A program made the translations under genes and the position numbers. A DNA stretch of 63,089 nucleotides, filler included. It is 5 parts of 5 records of this genome, joined end to end, with 100 filler letters (N's around TTAATTAATTAA, not from the genome) between each part and the next. Parts side by side here need not be neighbours in the genome. Positions count along the whole stretch, not along the records: positions 18,575 to 37,543 come from SRR31156797_2576; 4 more parts are not named here. One strand, 5' to 3'. Shown in pieces: positions 18,945-29,054 of this stretch. Every line of letters begins with the position of its first letter. Position 1 is the stretch's first letter. Below the pieces are notes generated by a model. The model saw only the letters and a list, made by a program, of their open reading frames with translations, was not told the DNA's origin and did no database searches.

Positions 18945-21074
18945 TTAGCTGAAGTCAAAGATAACTTTATGACTATCATCAAGTTTAAGCTTTGTTTCAA
19001 AAGCTTTCTTTGCCTTACTTTTCATTTTAAGTTTCTTTTTGGTAATTCCGTCTTTCAGGAGCTGCTTAACGGCAGTGACAGAAACTTTAGCACCGGCTGT
19101 TGTTTTCCAGATTGTAAACTGACAACCTTTTTCTTTCCACTGGTCGCAACCGTAAGCCTTTCCTTTATCGTAGATTTTACCACCGCAAGCAGGACAAACA
19201 CCGAGTGATTCAACTTCTTTTTTTTCCGGCTTCTGGGCGGTGTATGCAAACTCGGCTTCCTTCATTTCACCGATTCCAGCTTTTAGCTGCTCGTGGATCT
19301 CGTTCATAAAAGATTCATAATCATATTCACCGGATTCAATTTGCTTAAGTTTAAATTCCCATTCTCCGGTGAGTTCAGGCGAGGCGAGTACAGGCAAAAG
19401 ACTTTCAACGTTCTGGATCACGCCGCACCCTTTAGGGGTAGCGATAATGTGCTTACCTTTTCTTTCAATGTATCCACGATTCAAAAGTGTATCGATTATA
19501 CCGGAGCGTGTAGCGGGAGTTCCAAGGCCTTTTTCTTTTATGGCCTCGGCCACCTCTTCGTCTTCGACTTCTTTCCCGGCTGTCTCCATTGCACCCAGTA
19601 GAGATCTATCATTATAATTAGGTGGTGGGGTAGTCTTACCATCTTTCACGGTAATTTCAGTTACTGCTACGGTCTGCCCTTCCTCAAGATCCGGGAGAAT
19701 TGTATCATTGCCGATTTGATCCGGCTCGGCCTCCATCCATCCAGTTTCTTCAAAAATAGTCCCGTTGGTTTTGAAGCGGTTGATTTCAATTTCAATCCAT
19801 ACAGTTGTTTTCTTAAGCAGCGCGGGAGGCAAGAAAGCAGCTATAAACCGTCTAACGACCATTCCATAAATTTTCCATTCATCAGCTGACAGCTCGGCTT
19901 TGTCTGCGATTTGCGAGGTTGGAATAATGGCGTGGTGATCGGTTACTTTCTTTGAATTAACGCAAGTAAATTTTTTACCGCGTCCTTTTTCTTCTGTAAT
20001 CCGTGAAATGGCCTTTTCAGCTAAAGATTCAAAGTGAGCTGCTGCCGACTCCATATGAATTTCAACTTGGTTGTAAAGCTCATCAGAAAGATAACAGCTA
20101 TCAGTTCTAGGATACGTTAGAACTTTTTTACCACTGTAAAGTTCTTGAGCAAGTTTCAATGTCTTATCGGCGGTGAAACCGTATTTCTTGTTTGCTTCTT
20201 TCTGTAAAAGTATGAGGTCAAATAATTTTGGTGGGTTCACCTTGGAATCTTTTTTATCTACGACAATAACCGTTCCTAATTGCTTTTCACAAGCAAGCCT
20301 TACTGCTTCAGCTTCAGCTTTTTCTTTTAATCTGTCGTCACCTTTTCCATAAGGATCTCCATACCAATGGCATGTGAAAGGTTCATCACCGCCGGAAAGA
20401 AAAAGGCTATCTATAGTATAGAATTTTTCAGATTTGAAATTTTGAATTTCATTAAACCGATGAACTATAAACGCGAGAACCGGAGTCTGCACACGTCCAA
20501 TTGATGTTGTTTCACCTGTTTTGATGGAACAACAACGTGTGTAACTGATGCCATGAACATAATCTGCTTCAGAACGTGCGTTAGCGGCCCTTGCTACATT
20601 AATTTTGTCTTCCGCAGGAAGCAGATTTTTAAATGCTTTCTTAAGACTTGCTTCTGTAAGATCTTCAGGCCAAAGATGAGAGTAAGGTATATTTAGCTTT
20701 AAATAATCGTAGATTCTTTTAAAAATTAAAATTCCCTCGCGCCCTGCATCAGTGGCGCAAATAATCTCGCCAATATCATTCCTTTGAGTCAGTTTTTCAA
20801 TAATTTTGAATTGCCATTCACTTGTTTTTAAGACTTCCAATTTTAATTTTTTTGGGAAAATTGGAAGCTCTTCCATTATCCATTTCTTGGAATAATCACC
20901 TTGTTTTTCAACAGGTGCAATGTTTAACAAATGCCCCTGCGCCCATGTCACAATATCGTCATTACCTTCTAAATAACCTTTTTTTTCATCAGACTCTTTA
21001 AAGTCAATGTTTAAAGCATTAGCCATATCAAGCGCGGCTGATTTTTTTTCAGCAATAACTAAATTTTTAGTCAT
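18945..21074 (-). CDS. topB: DNA topoisomerase III, mobile-element type
   Basis: IAEKKS, WAQGHL, ATDAGREG, GRVQTP, LTYPRTDS, DHHAIIPT, GLGTPATR; C-terminal Zn ribbon CPACGG...YGC...CQFTIWK. Confidence 0.95.
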   Translation of the reverse strand: MTKNLVIAEKKSAALDMANALNIDFKESDEKKGYLEGNDDIVTWAQGHLLNIAPVEKQGDYSKKWIMEELPIFPKKLKLEVLKTSEWQFKIIEKLTQRNDIGEIICATDAGREGILIFKRIYDYLKLNIPYSHLWPEDLTEASLKKAFKNLLPAEDKINVARAANARSEADYVHGISYTRCCSIKTGETTSIGRVQTPVLAFIVHRFNEIQNFKSEKFYTIDSLFLSGGDEPFTCHWYGDPYGKGDDRLKEKAEAEAVRLACEKQLGTVIVVDKKDSKVNPPKLFDLILLQKEANKKYGFTADKTLKLAQELYSGKKVLTYPRTDSCYLSDELYNQVEIHMESAAAHFESLAEKAISRITEEKGRGKKFTCVNSKKVTDHHAIIPTSQIADKAELSADEWKIYGMVVRRFIAAFLPPALLKKTTVWIEIEINRFKTNGTIFEETGWMEAEPDQIGNDTILPDLEEGQTVAVTEITVKDGKTTPPPNYNDRSLLGAMETAGKEVEDEEVAEAIKEKGLGTPATRSGIIDTLLNRGYIERKGKHIIATPKGCGVIQNVESLLPVLASPELTGEWEFKLKQIESGEYDYESFMNEIHEQLKAGIGEMKEAEFAYTAQKPEKKEVESLGVCPACGGKIYDKGKAYGCDQWKEKGCQFTIWKTTAGAKVSVTAVKQLLKDGITKKKLKMKSKAKKAFETKLKLDDSHKVIFDFS

Positions 21075-21177
21075 AATTAATAAATCCTCCTTAATTATTT
21101 TTTTAAAATTACCTACTTTTTTATTTGAAAAATATAAAGATAAATCTTATACAAAAATCACTTTTAAGGGGAGTCTA

Positions 21178-21480
21178 ATGAACAAAAACAAAAAAAACAA
21201 AGAAAAAACGTTACTTGTGCAAATTCCTGAAAACTTGGCTGACGATGAAACAATTGAGTATTTAGGGTTTGGCTTGAGAGAGTTGTTTTTGAATTCAATA
21301 TCAAAAGAAACTCCACCGCCTGAAAAAAATAATCTTAAACAAGTTCGCTTGAAATTGGAGGGTAAAAATTTAGAATATTATCAAGAATTAGAATCTGAAT
21401 TTTCGTCAAAGAGGGCTTTAATTCGTACAGCTTTACGAATTGCAAAAGCATGTCCTAACACTCGTTATAAAATCCATTAG
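21178..21480 (+). CDS. Small putative DNA-binding protein (ribbon-helix-helix-like), first gene of the tra operon
   Basis: ATG at 21178 with GGGGAG RBS; 100 aa; strand-helix-helix pattern QVRLKL...SKRALIRTALR; 12 bp upstream of virB2. Confidence 0.55.
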   Translation: MNKNKKNKEKTLLVQIPENLADDETIEYLGFGLRELFLNSISKETPPPEKNNLKQVRLKLEGKNLEYYQELESEFSSKRALIRTALRIAKACPNTRYKIH

Positions 21481-21492
21481 GAGGGATTAAAA

Positions 21493-21780
21493 ATGAAAAA
21501 ACTTTTTGCAAAAATAAATCTGGCAATGTTGGCTGTAATGGCTTGGTCTGCAACCGCTTTCGGTGCTGATGACCCTTTTTCAAAAATGACTGATAAGGGA
21601 ACATCAATTCTCGAACAAGCCGAAGGGCCGATGGTTATCATTTGTGCAATTGCTATTGTCGCGGCAATGGTTGGCGGCTTGCTGGGGAAATTATCGCGCG
21701 GCTGGTGCATATCAATTATTGCATGTTCAATTATTGCCGGATCAGCAACAAGCATTGCTCAATTCCTCATTGGTAATTAA
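21493..21780 (+). CDS. virB2: VirB2/TrbC pilin
   Basis: Signal peptide, two hydrophobic helices, IIAGSATSIAQFL ending, position before virB3. Confidence 0.85.
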   Translation: MKKLFAKINLAMLAVMAWSATAFGADDPFSKMTDKGTSILEQAEGPMVIICAIAIVAAMVGGLLGKLSRGWCISIIACSIIAGSATSIAQFLIGN

Positions 21781-22073
21781 TGTCTGAAGAAAGCACTAAA
21801 AAACACACAGCGGTGATTTTTCCCGCATTATGGAAGCCCAACATGATTGTTGGGCTTCCTCAAGATTATTTAATGCTTGTTGTCATTTGCAGCTTAATCC
21901 CGTGTGTTATTAAAAAAAGTTTTTTGTACTTGTTTCTTGTAGCTCCTTTGATGTGGCTGCTTGGTTACATCTGGGCTAAAAGTGACCCTGAATTTTTGAC
22001 TGTTTGGCTTGTTAAGCTTTTTAAAGTCCAAACAACAAAAAGAAATAGCGAAGGAAATGATTACTATCCGTAG
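21780..22073 (+). CDS. virB3: VirB3
   Basis: ALWKPNMIVGLP, two TM segments, KSDPEF, terminal YYP. Confidence 0.85.
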   Translation: MSEESTKKHTAVIFPALWKPNMIVGLPQDYLMLVVICSLIPCVIKKSFLYLFLVAPLMWLLGYIWAKSDPEFLTVWLVKLFKVQTTKRNSEGNDYYP

Positions 22074-22082
22074 GGTTAAATT

Positions 22083-24428
22083 ATGAGTTTTTTAAGTCCA
22101 ATTTCAAATTTTATTTTACACTTAGCGGGTAGGAATTCAACAGGTTTGACCGTCCGTGATTTTACGCCAGTTGAAACAAAATGTCCGCTACTTGTAATTA
22201 ATGATAATTATTTGACCCGTTGTAAAGATGGGTCTGAATCAATTGTAATTGAATTAACAGGTAGAGATTACACTGGTTTAGATAAAGATGATTTGCATAA
22301 TTTTTTTATAGCGCGAAAAGCTTTTTTTGATCAGCTTCCTAGTGATATTTCTTGTTTAAGTCAGTCTCACCGTTCACAAATAAAAATCAATCTTTTTAAT
22401 GCTACTTATTCGAATAAATTTAGTTCTATTATCGCTGATAAATGGGCAAATAATTTCACAAAAAGTTTTCGAACTAAACATTATTTAGTGCTTACTCCTT
22501 CTTCTGCAAAAGGAGCACTTGCCGTGCTTCAATCCAGCGCGGATAAATTAACAGGATCACACAAAAAAAAGATAAAAGAAAAGCTTGAGAATGCTAAAAT
22601 AGATGCTCTTAACAGATTGAGTGCATACGGTCCCAGAGTTCTTGAAGGTGACGAGCTGGCTAGTTATTGGGCGAGGCTGCTAAATGGTAGAATTGTCAAA
22701 CATAAACTTGCTGAGAATGGCAAAATTGATGGATTACTTTCTGATACTAGAATTTTTTTTCCGAAAAATTCTAACCATGTTGTTTATGATGGACTGATTA
22801 GAAAATTCTCCTCTTTTGTATCTTTAAAACTTCCTCCTGAAGAATCTGGATATGAACTTTTAAATGCTTTGTTTTCTGTTCGCCGTGACATAAGCCTTTA
22901 TCAAACATTCTCTACATATGATAAAGATGTTGCACTTGCTATTGCTGAACATAGATTGGTTAACGAGGAACGTTTTCAAAAATCTTCAGAGCTATCAGTA
23001 AACCAGTTACAGGGGCTTTTAAAGCGCCTTCAGGCTGATGAGATTGATTTATTAGAGCATAGATTTGCTATTGAAATTTTTGGTAGATCTGAAGAAGAAT
23101 TAAAAGAAGCTATTCTTGATGTTCGTAGTGTTTTGGAGTCTCAACAGTACCGTATTTTTTTAGAAACAACGAATACCGAGGCTCTTTACTGGTCCCGTTT
23201 TCCCGGTATGCAGCAATTTAACAGCCGCAGCAGAAATATTACTTCTGAAAATTCTTCTCATTTCTGTACTTTCCCTACTGTTGGTGAAGGGTCGTCTAAA
23301 TGTTCATTTGGACCGTATCCCGTACAAGTTTTTAAGACTGACCAAGGGTCAGATTATTCTTTTATTTTTCACGAAAGCGAAGCACCACAAGCTTTAGGAC
23401 ATACTTTGATCATTGGGCAACCGGGATCAGGTAAAACGGTTCTATCTTCATTTCTGCAAAGTTCTTGCACAAAATTTTCTAACTTTCAAAATATGGCTTT
23501 TGACCGCCTGAATGGTCTTGAAATTGTAACTTTAGCACATGATGGTGAAGTTATTACCGCGAAAGATCTTGAAGGATTGGACATTAACCCATTCCAACTC
23601 CCAGACACACCAGAAAACAGAATGTTTTTAAGTGGCTGGGTAGCTGATCTTTTAAATGTAAATGATGAAAATGAAAAAGATATTATTTCAATTTCTATTT
23701 CAGAATTATTTGAACTACCCAAAGATCAAAGAAATTTGTCAAATTTGGCTCCTTCTTTTGGCCTCATGGAAAAGGGATCTCTTGGTCAACGATTAAAGAA
23801 ATGGCTTCCCGGTGGATCTAATGGTGCTTTCTTTTGTTCTGAAAAGGATGCTTTGAATTTTACAAATCCTTTTTTAACTTTTGATATGACAAGCATGCTA
23901 GATCGTCCTGACGTTTTAGCTCCACTATCTTCTTACATTTTTCACAGGATCAAAATTACAGATTTTCCCGGTGGTTTTCTGTTCTTTCTGGATGAGGCAC
24001 CTAACTATTTTAATCATCCAATTTTAGCCCCTCACATCCAAGTTGCCTTACTGGAGTGGCGAAAAAAGAACGGTGTTTTTCTTTTCGCCACCCAGACGGC
24101 AACAAGCATTTATAATTCTGATTTACGCGAAGCAGTTAAATCAGGTGTTGCTACCTATATTTTATTTCCTGACTCAAAAGCTGAGTTTAAAATTTATAAT
24201 GAATGTTTTGGCCTGACACATCAGGAATTTGAGTGGATTAAAGGCGTTCACCCTCGGCAATGCATGGTGAAACGTAAAACCGGAAACTCAGTAATTCTTA
24301 ATGTGGATCTGGCTTGTCTAAATAACTATCTCGGCTTTTTCGACTCCTCGGAAAAGTCGGTCAAAAAAGTCCGCGCACTACGCAAGGAGTACGGCAATGA
24401 ATGGAAAGAAGTTTATCGCAATTCTTAA
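22083..24428 (+). CDS. virB4: VirB4 ATPase
   Basis: GHTLIIGQPGSGKT (Walker A), INPFQL, FFLDEA (Walker B), WRKKNG, FATQ. Confidence 0.95.
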   Translation: MSFLSPISNFILHLAGRNSTGLTVRDFTPVETKCPLLVINDNYLTRCKDGSESIVIELTGRDYTGLDKDDLHNFFIARKAFFDQLPSDISCLSQSHRSQIKINLFNATYSNKFSSIIADKWANNFTKSFRTKHYLVLTPSSAKGALAVLQSSADKLTGSHKKKIKEKLENAKIDALNRLSAYGPRVLEGDELASYWARLLNGRIVKHKLAENGKIDGLLSDTRIFFPKNSNHVVYDGLIRKFSSFVSLKLPPEESGYELLNALFSVRRDISLYQTFSTYDKDVALAIAEHRLVNEERFQKSSELSVNQLQGLLKRLQADEIDLLEHRFAIEIFGRSEEELKEAILDVRSVLESQQYRIFLETTNTEALYWSRFPGMQQFNSRSRNITSENSSHFCTFPTVGEGSSKCSFGPYPVQVFKTDQGSDYSFIFHESEAPQALGHTLIIGQPGSGKTVLSSFLQSSCTKFSNFQNMAFDRLNGLEIVTLAHDGEVITAKDLEGLDINPFQLPDTPENRMFLSGWVADLLNVNDENEKDIISISISELFELPKDQRNLSNLAPSFGLMEKGSLGQRLKKWLPGGSNGAFFCSEKDALNFTNPFLTFDMTSMLDRPDVLAPLSSYIFHRIKITDFPGGFLFFLDEAPNYFNHPILAPHIQVALLEWRKKNGVFLFATQTATSIYNSDLREAVKSGVATYILFPDSKAEFKIYNECFGLTHQEFEWIKGVHPRQCMVKRKTGNSVILNVDLACLNNYLGFFDSSEKSVKKVRALRKEYGNEWKEVYRNS

Positions 24429-25254
24429 TTTAGTATTTTTTTTGTTTTCTTCTTCAGCGCAGGCCATGACCGTTAGTGACCCCGGTTCCTATGGCTATTT
24501 TGTACAACAGCTTTCAGAAGCAAAGCTTCAGTTAGCAGCAGCAAAAGAACAAATTGCTAACCAGATGCAAGAAATCAAAGTTCTGAATGACACGTACAAA
24601 ATGGCAACGGAACAGCTGAAGGAGCTGAACGATATTAAGGATCAGGTCAAAGGCTACTACGACCAAGGAAAAGCTTTTGTCGGCAAGATTAGAAGCATTA
24701 AAGCGGGCATTGAAGCAATCCCTTCAACCGTTATGGGCCGAGGCAAAGAAATGATGAGTCTGTTAGATGATATTGGCAATTTTACCGAGGCCGCTGATAT
24801 GCTGGATGGTATTTTTGGTGATCCACGCTCACCAAATTATGACCCGTGGCAGACATTAGGCCCTAAATACCAGCTACGCCAAAAAGGTTTAAAAGATTGT
24901 ATTGAACATTCTGAAAAACTTCTTGCCGGAATGAAAGATAAATTTGCAGGGCTTGAAGAGTTGATGAGTAAAATTGATGAAACCGAGAATATCAAGGAAG
25001 CGCAGGACTTAACAAACGTATTTCTCGCTTTAATTGCAAGTATTCTTAATGAGCAATTAGCTCTTGCGGCTCAAATTGGAGAATCGCAAGCCCTGCTTAA
25101 TTTCTCCGGTGTAAAAGATGGTGAATTAAAAGCCCAACAGGACCGAAGAGCGGAAAAGGTAAGTAAATATAATGAAGCCATTGAAGCCTATAAGAGTAAG
25201 GCCGGGGACACAGACAGTTCAGTAAAATCATTTATTGATATTGTTAACCAGTAG
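24397..25254 (+). CDS. virB5: VirB5/TrbJ-like minor pilin
   Basis: Signal peptide, MTVSDP, long Gln-rich helices, KIDETENIKEAQDL; between virB4 and virB6. Confidence 0.75.
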   Translation: MNGKKFIAILNLVFFLFSSSAQAMTVSDPGSYGYFVQQLSEAKLQLAAAKEQIANQMQEIKVLNDTYKMATEQLKELNDIKDQVKGYYDQGKAFVGKIRSIKAGIEAIPSTVMGRGKEMMSLLDDIGNFTEAADMLDGIFGDPRSPNYDPWQTLGPKYQLRQKGLKDCIEHSEKLLAGMKDKFAGLEELMSKIDETENIKEAQDLTNVFLALIASILNEQLALAAQIGESQALLNFSGVKDGELKAQQDRRAEKVSKYNEAIEAYKSKAGDTDSSVKSFIDIVNQ

Positions 25255-25262
25255 GTGAAATT

Positions 25263-26288
25263 ATGGAAATGGAAGCACTTTCACCTTTTGCCTTGATGGT
25301 TGTCAAAATCATGTTTCAATCTTTAAATCAATATTTAAATGAGATTGTTGTAATGATTCAAGCTAATTTTAAAGGTGCGGCAGTAGTTCTCACAACTATT
25401 TATATTATTTTTGTTTGCTATAAAGCTTTCTTTGGCAAAGCTTCAAAAGAAACTGTTATTGAATTTGCTGTTTCTGCTGCTGTTCTAGTCAGTATTGTTA
25501 GTTCTGTTATAGAAGGTGATTTTTATTTAGCGTGTGTAAAAGGATATGTTTCTTCTGTTTTGGAAACATGCAGTTGGTTTGCTTCGATAGGATCAGTTTC
25601 TAATTTTTTTGATATTTTTAGCAAGTTAGATGATGGTTTTGTTCTTATATATAAAACACTTTGGAATCAGGTCCCTAGTGGGTCTTTCTCCATGCTTACT
25701 GATCCAGAAGATTTTTTGGCTTATGGTTTTGCTATTCTTATTTTAATTTTTTCATACGGAATTATGTATTTTGCCTTTCTTTTACTGATCATAATCAGTG
25801 TCTTTACTTTATACATTCTTTTTACCCTTGGTATTCCTTGTGTTTTTTTAGCTTCATTTAAAGAAACAAGACATGTTTTCTGGGCTTGGTTCAAAGAAGT
25901 AATTAAATTCTCTATGGTGATGGTTTTTGCTTCTATAACCATGTCAATTTCTTACACGGGAATAGATTCAGCTTTAAAAATTTACGCAAATACAACAGTT
26001 GGCGTTGAAATTTTTAATTCTGGTTTTGCTGCTGTGGTTGCATGGTCAATCATCTGTTGGGGTTTGCTTTTAAAAAGCCCCGATTTGGCAGCAGCTTTAA
26101 CAGGTGGAACGCCCGGAGCTACCACAGGGATCGCGGCGGCAATGAGTATCGCCGGGGGTGGTAGTTTAATGGCTATGAAAATGGGTTTAGGTAAAACAGG
26201 GGGTGCGGCTGGAGCTGGGCTTAAAAAAGCTGGCGGGGCTGCGTATGGCTACGCAAAAGATAAATGGCTTAGAAGAGCAGGCGAATAA
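25263..26288 (+). CDS. virB6: VirB6/TrbL polytopic membrane protein
   Basis: Multiple TM segments, FKETRHVFWAW, PDLAAALTGG, Gly/Ala-rich tail. Confidence 0.88.
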   Translation: MEMEALSPFALMVVKIMFQSLNQYLNEIVVMIQANFKGAAVVLTTIYIIFVCYKAFFGKASKETVIEFAVSAAVLVSIVSSVIEGDFYLACVKGYVSSVLETCSWFASIGSVSNFFDIFSKLDDGFVLIYKTLWNQVPSGSFSMLTDPEDFLAYGFAILILIFSYGIMYFAFLLLIIISVFTLYILFTLGIPCVFLASFKETRHVFWAWFKEVIKFSMVMVFASITMSISYTGIDSALKIYANTTVGVEIFNSGFAAVVAWSIICWGLLLKSPDLAAALTGGTPGATTGIAAAMSIAGGGSLMAMKMGLGKTGGAAGAGLKKAGGAAYGYAKDKWLRRAGE

Positions 26289-26300
26289 GGAGTTTTTTTT

Positions 26301-26909
26301 ATGCCAGAACAATCATGGTTAAATACAAATACAGTTAATAGACGGCTATGCTGGGTAATCATTTTTCTCGTTTTTATCATTGGTGCTATGGCCTTTAGCT
26401 ATACTTTAATTCTTCCATTGAAAGAAATAGAAGTGCGATATGTTGAATTTTCATCTGATGGAAATCATTTTGTTCAAGTAATTTCTGCAAATGATGTACT
26501 AACAACAAATGATACATTGTTGAGCGTCACAGTTAGAGATTATGTTGTTTCTCGTGAGACTGTAGATAAAATTACAAGTGATGAAAGGCTTAATAAAGTT
26601 CTCCATATGAGTAGTAGTGAAGTTTTTGAACGTTTCAAGCTTTCTAATAGAAAAATTATTATGGAAGGTGAGAACGGTTTCAAAAGATCCATTGAGGTTA
26701 TCCGAGATAACCGACTTGGAAAAGGAATTCATGAAGTTGCTTTTAAAACTCATGATAGAGCACCAATGTCAATAGATGCGACAACTACTAAATGGAAAGC
26801 AATTTTACATTATCGGGTTCTTCCTAAAAAAACTGTCAAATTTGAAGATAGTTTTAAAAACCCGACGAATATTGAAATTGTAAACTATACAATTTCAAAG
26901 GAGAAATAA
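26301..26909 (+). CDS. virB8: VirB8
   Basis: One TM then LPLKE, YVVSRE, NPTNIEIVNY. Confidence 0.85.
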   Translation: MPEQSWLNTNTVNRRLCWVIIFLVFIIGAMAFSYTLILPLKEIEVRYVEFSSDGNHFVQVISANDVLTTNDTLLSVTVRDYVVSRETVDKITSDERLNKVLHMSSSEVFERFKLSNRKIIMEGENGFKRSIEVIRDNRLGKGIHEVAFKTHDRAPMSIDATTTKWKAILHYRVLPKKTVKFEDSFKNPTNIEIVNYTISKEK

Positions 26910-26910
26910 A

Positions 26911-27552
26911 ATGAAGAACCTTTGTAGATTCTTTGTCTTCATTCTTTTTTCTGCGGCTTTAATTCTTTTGGCTGTTCCGGCTTTCTCGGCTGTTCAGGAT
27001 CTGAATAGCCAAGGCCAGCAGTTCAATTATGAAGGTGATGCGCCGCTTGATAACAAGGTGAGTTTAAATGTTGTTCAAAATGCTTGGAATGAATCTAAAC
27101 CATCACAGGGCATTAAAAAATTTACATATAAGCAAAGCAATGTCCTTAAAATATCCACTAGAGTTTATATGAAAACTTCGCTCGTTCTTCCTGAAGGTGA
27201 AATTATTGAAGGTTGGACAACTGGAGATAATTTTAATTTTAAGTTTGAACAAATTCCTACTCGTTCAAATATTTTACAAGCATGGCCTATTTACCCTGAA
27301 GCAGACACCAATCTGCAAATTTTCGGGAAGTCCGGCAATATCTATGTTTTTTACATTCGCGCTTACAAGGTCAAATCAAACCATATTCCTGACTTAGTTG
27401 TTTATCTGAATGATCCATATTTCCCCGGTATTATAAAAGATGAACCGAAAAAGGTGGAAGTGATTTCGGAAACTTCCACACTTGCCGGGGAATACCTTCG
27501 TAAATTGAACCTTCCTTCACCTGAAAAGCTGAATTTTGACTACGTTTTTTAA
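26911..27552 (+). CDS. virB9: VirB9/TrbG N-terminal domain only
   Basis: Signal peptide; TSLVLPEGE, GD, TNLQIFGKSGNIYVF; stops right after LNFDYVF, where the C-terminal domain normally begins. Confidence 0.85.
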   Translation: MKNLCRFFVFILFSAALILLAVPAFSAVQDLNSQGQQFNYEGDAPLDNKVSLNVVQNAWNESKPSQGIKKFTYKQSNVLKISTRVYMKTSLVLPEGEIIEGWTTGDNFNFKFEQIPTRSNILQAWPIYPEADTNLQIFGKSGNIYVFYIRAYKVKSNHIPDLVVYLNDPYFPGIIKDEPKKVEVISETSTLAGEYLRKLNLPSPEKLNFDYVF

Positions 27553-27563
27553 GGATAAGCATC

Positions 27564-27959
27564 ATGAAAAAAACATCCATTTTATTACTGATTCTATTTT
27601 GTCTTTGTTCCGGTTGTGTGGCCCGTAAAACGGGAGGAGTTAGAACAAATAGTAATGACCTTGTTCCCTCTCCCTGTGCTGATCTCGAAATACAAGGTGA
27701 TGTTTCATTGAAGCCTATTATGGTTTTTGATGATGGAAACTGGACCTATTTTCAAATGAACAAGCAGGACAATTTTGACGGTAAAAAGGTTCCTGCCATT
27801 TATGAAATACAAGACAAATTTGAAACTCCGGCAAATGTTCGCGTTGTCGGTTCTACTCTCATAGCTGAAAGTATCGGCACGAGCTGGGCCTTGCGTAGTG
27901 GTGATAAATTTTTTTGTGTCCGCAAGAAAAGTCTTGTTCAAAGTCAGAGGAATAACTAA
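27564..27959 (+). CDS. VirB7-like lipoprotein fused to the VirB9 C-terminal domain
   Basis: Own RBS (AAGGA) and ATG; lipobox CSGC; SPCA motif; then GDVSLKPIMVFDDGNWTYF...PAIY...NVRVVG...LRSGDKFFC. Confidence 0.8.
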   Translation: MKKTSILLLILFCLCSGCVARKTGGVRTNSNDLVPSPCADLEIQGDVSLKPIMVFDDGNWTYFQMNKQDNFDGKKVPAIYEIQDKFETPANVRVVGSTLIAESIGTSWALRSGDKFFCVRKKSLVQSQRNN

Positions 27960-29054
27960 ATGACTGGTCCTCCTAAAATAGGTGCTGCCAGCTCAGGTAT
28001 GGGCAAAGGGGCAATCATAGCAATTGTGGTTGTAATGACTCTTTTTATTGGTGGTCTTGCTTTTATGGTTATCTCTGCTCGTTCCAATAGGAACGATGTG
28101 GAAGAAATCAGTTATCAAGGTCCTGTCCATGATAACAGCGAAGCATTTTTTGAAATTCCTGAAGAGCCGAAACTAGTTGAGGAACTAAAAATAGAAACAC
28201 CTCCACCACCGCCTCCGGTGGAAGTAAAAGAAACGCCTCCACCACCGCCTCCACCGCCTGTAAAAATGGTTGAATTACCTTCTCTTAATAGGCTGCTTAA
28301 GACTGTGCCGGATAAAAAAGAATCCGTAGCGGATAGAATTAATAATCAAAGACGTATGGCGGCAAGCTCCAGCTTCAATAATAAACGCAAGAAATCAGAT
28401 CCGGGATGGATCAACAAACAGGATAACTGGAATGAGTCTAAAACAGAGTCAAGTTATCCGGTTGATATGAGCCGTGTAATTCCAATGAATAAGTATATTC
28501 CGGCTATTTTGGTCAATGATGTTGTTAGTGAGCTTGGTTCAAAAGTTACCGCAGTTATTCAACAAAATGTCTATGGTGGTCATGGTCGTTTTGTTTTGAT
28601 TCCCGCAGGTTCTTCAGCGATTGGTTTTTTTGCTCCATTGAAGAAAGCCGGGGATACAAGATTACGGATTATATGGCACCGGATTATTACCCCTGAGGGA
28701 ATTAACATTCATTGCGGTAATGCTGAAATGGCTGACGCAATGGGTAGATCCGGCATTACTGGTGAGATTGACAGCAAGGTCTTTGACCGAATCGGCTTAC
28801 CTTTAATGATTTCAGGAATTCAAAGTATCATGGCGTATGCAATGCCTGTCGGAAACCGTAACCAGCAAGTTGTCATTGAAAATTTTGGTCAAGGTGTTTC
28901 GACACTGAGCCAAAAAGTTTTCGATGCAAATATAAACATGAAACCTATTGTAAAAATTCCTGCGGCTTCAAGGATTTTGATTAGTCCGATGAAAGATATT
29001 TGGTTTCCAAAGCCAAAACGAGGACAAATTCAATTATCTGCGGTTGTCTCTTAA
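27960..29054 (+). CDS. virB10: VirB10/TrbI
   Basis: N-terminal TM, Pro-rich linker, IPAILVND, VLIPAGS, IIWHRIITPEG, DAMGRSG, IPAASRI. Confidence 0.93.
   Translation: MTGPPKIGAASSGMGKGAIIAIVVVMTLFIGGLAFMVISARSNRNDVEEISYQGPVHDNSEAFFEIPEEPKLVEELKIETPPPPPPVEVKETPPPPPPPPVKMVELPSLNRLLKTVPDKKESVADRINNQRRMAASSSFNNKRKKSDPGWINKQDNWNESKTESSYPVDMSRVIPMNKYIPAILVNDVVSELGSKVTAVIQQNVYGGHGRFVLIPAGSSAIGFFAPLKKAGDTRLRIIWHRIITPEGINIHCGNAEMADAMGRSGITGEIDSKVFDRIGLPLMISGIQSIMAYAMPVGNRNQQVVIENFGQGVSTLSQKVFDANINMKPIVKIPAASRILISPMKDIWFPKPKRGQIQLSAVVS

Noticed and set aside
28194-28262. Repeated GAAACxCCTCCACCACCGCCTCC sequence
   Set aside because: Encodes the ordinary Pro-rich linker of VirB10.
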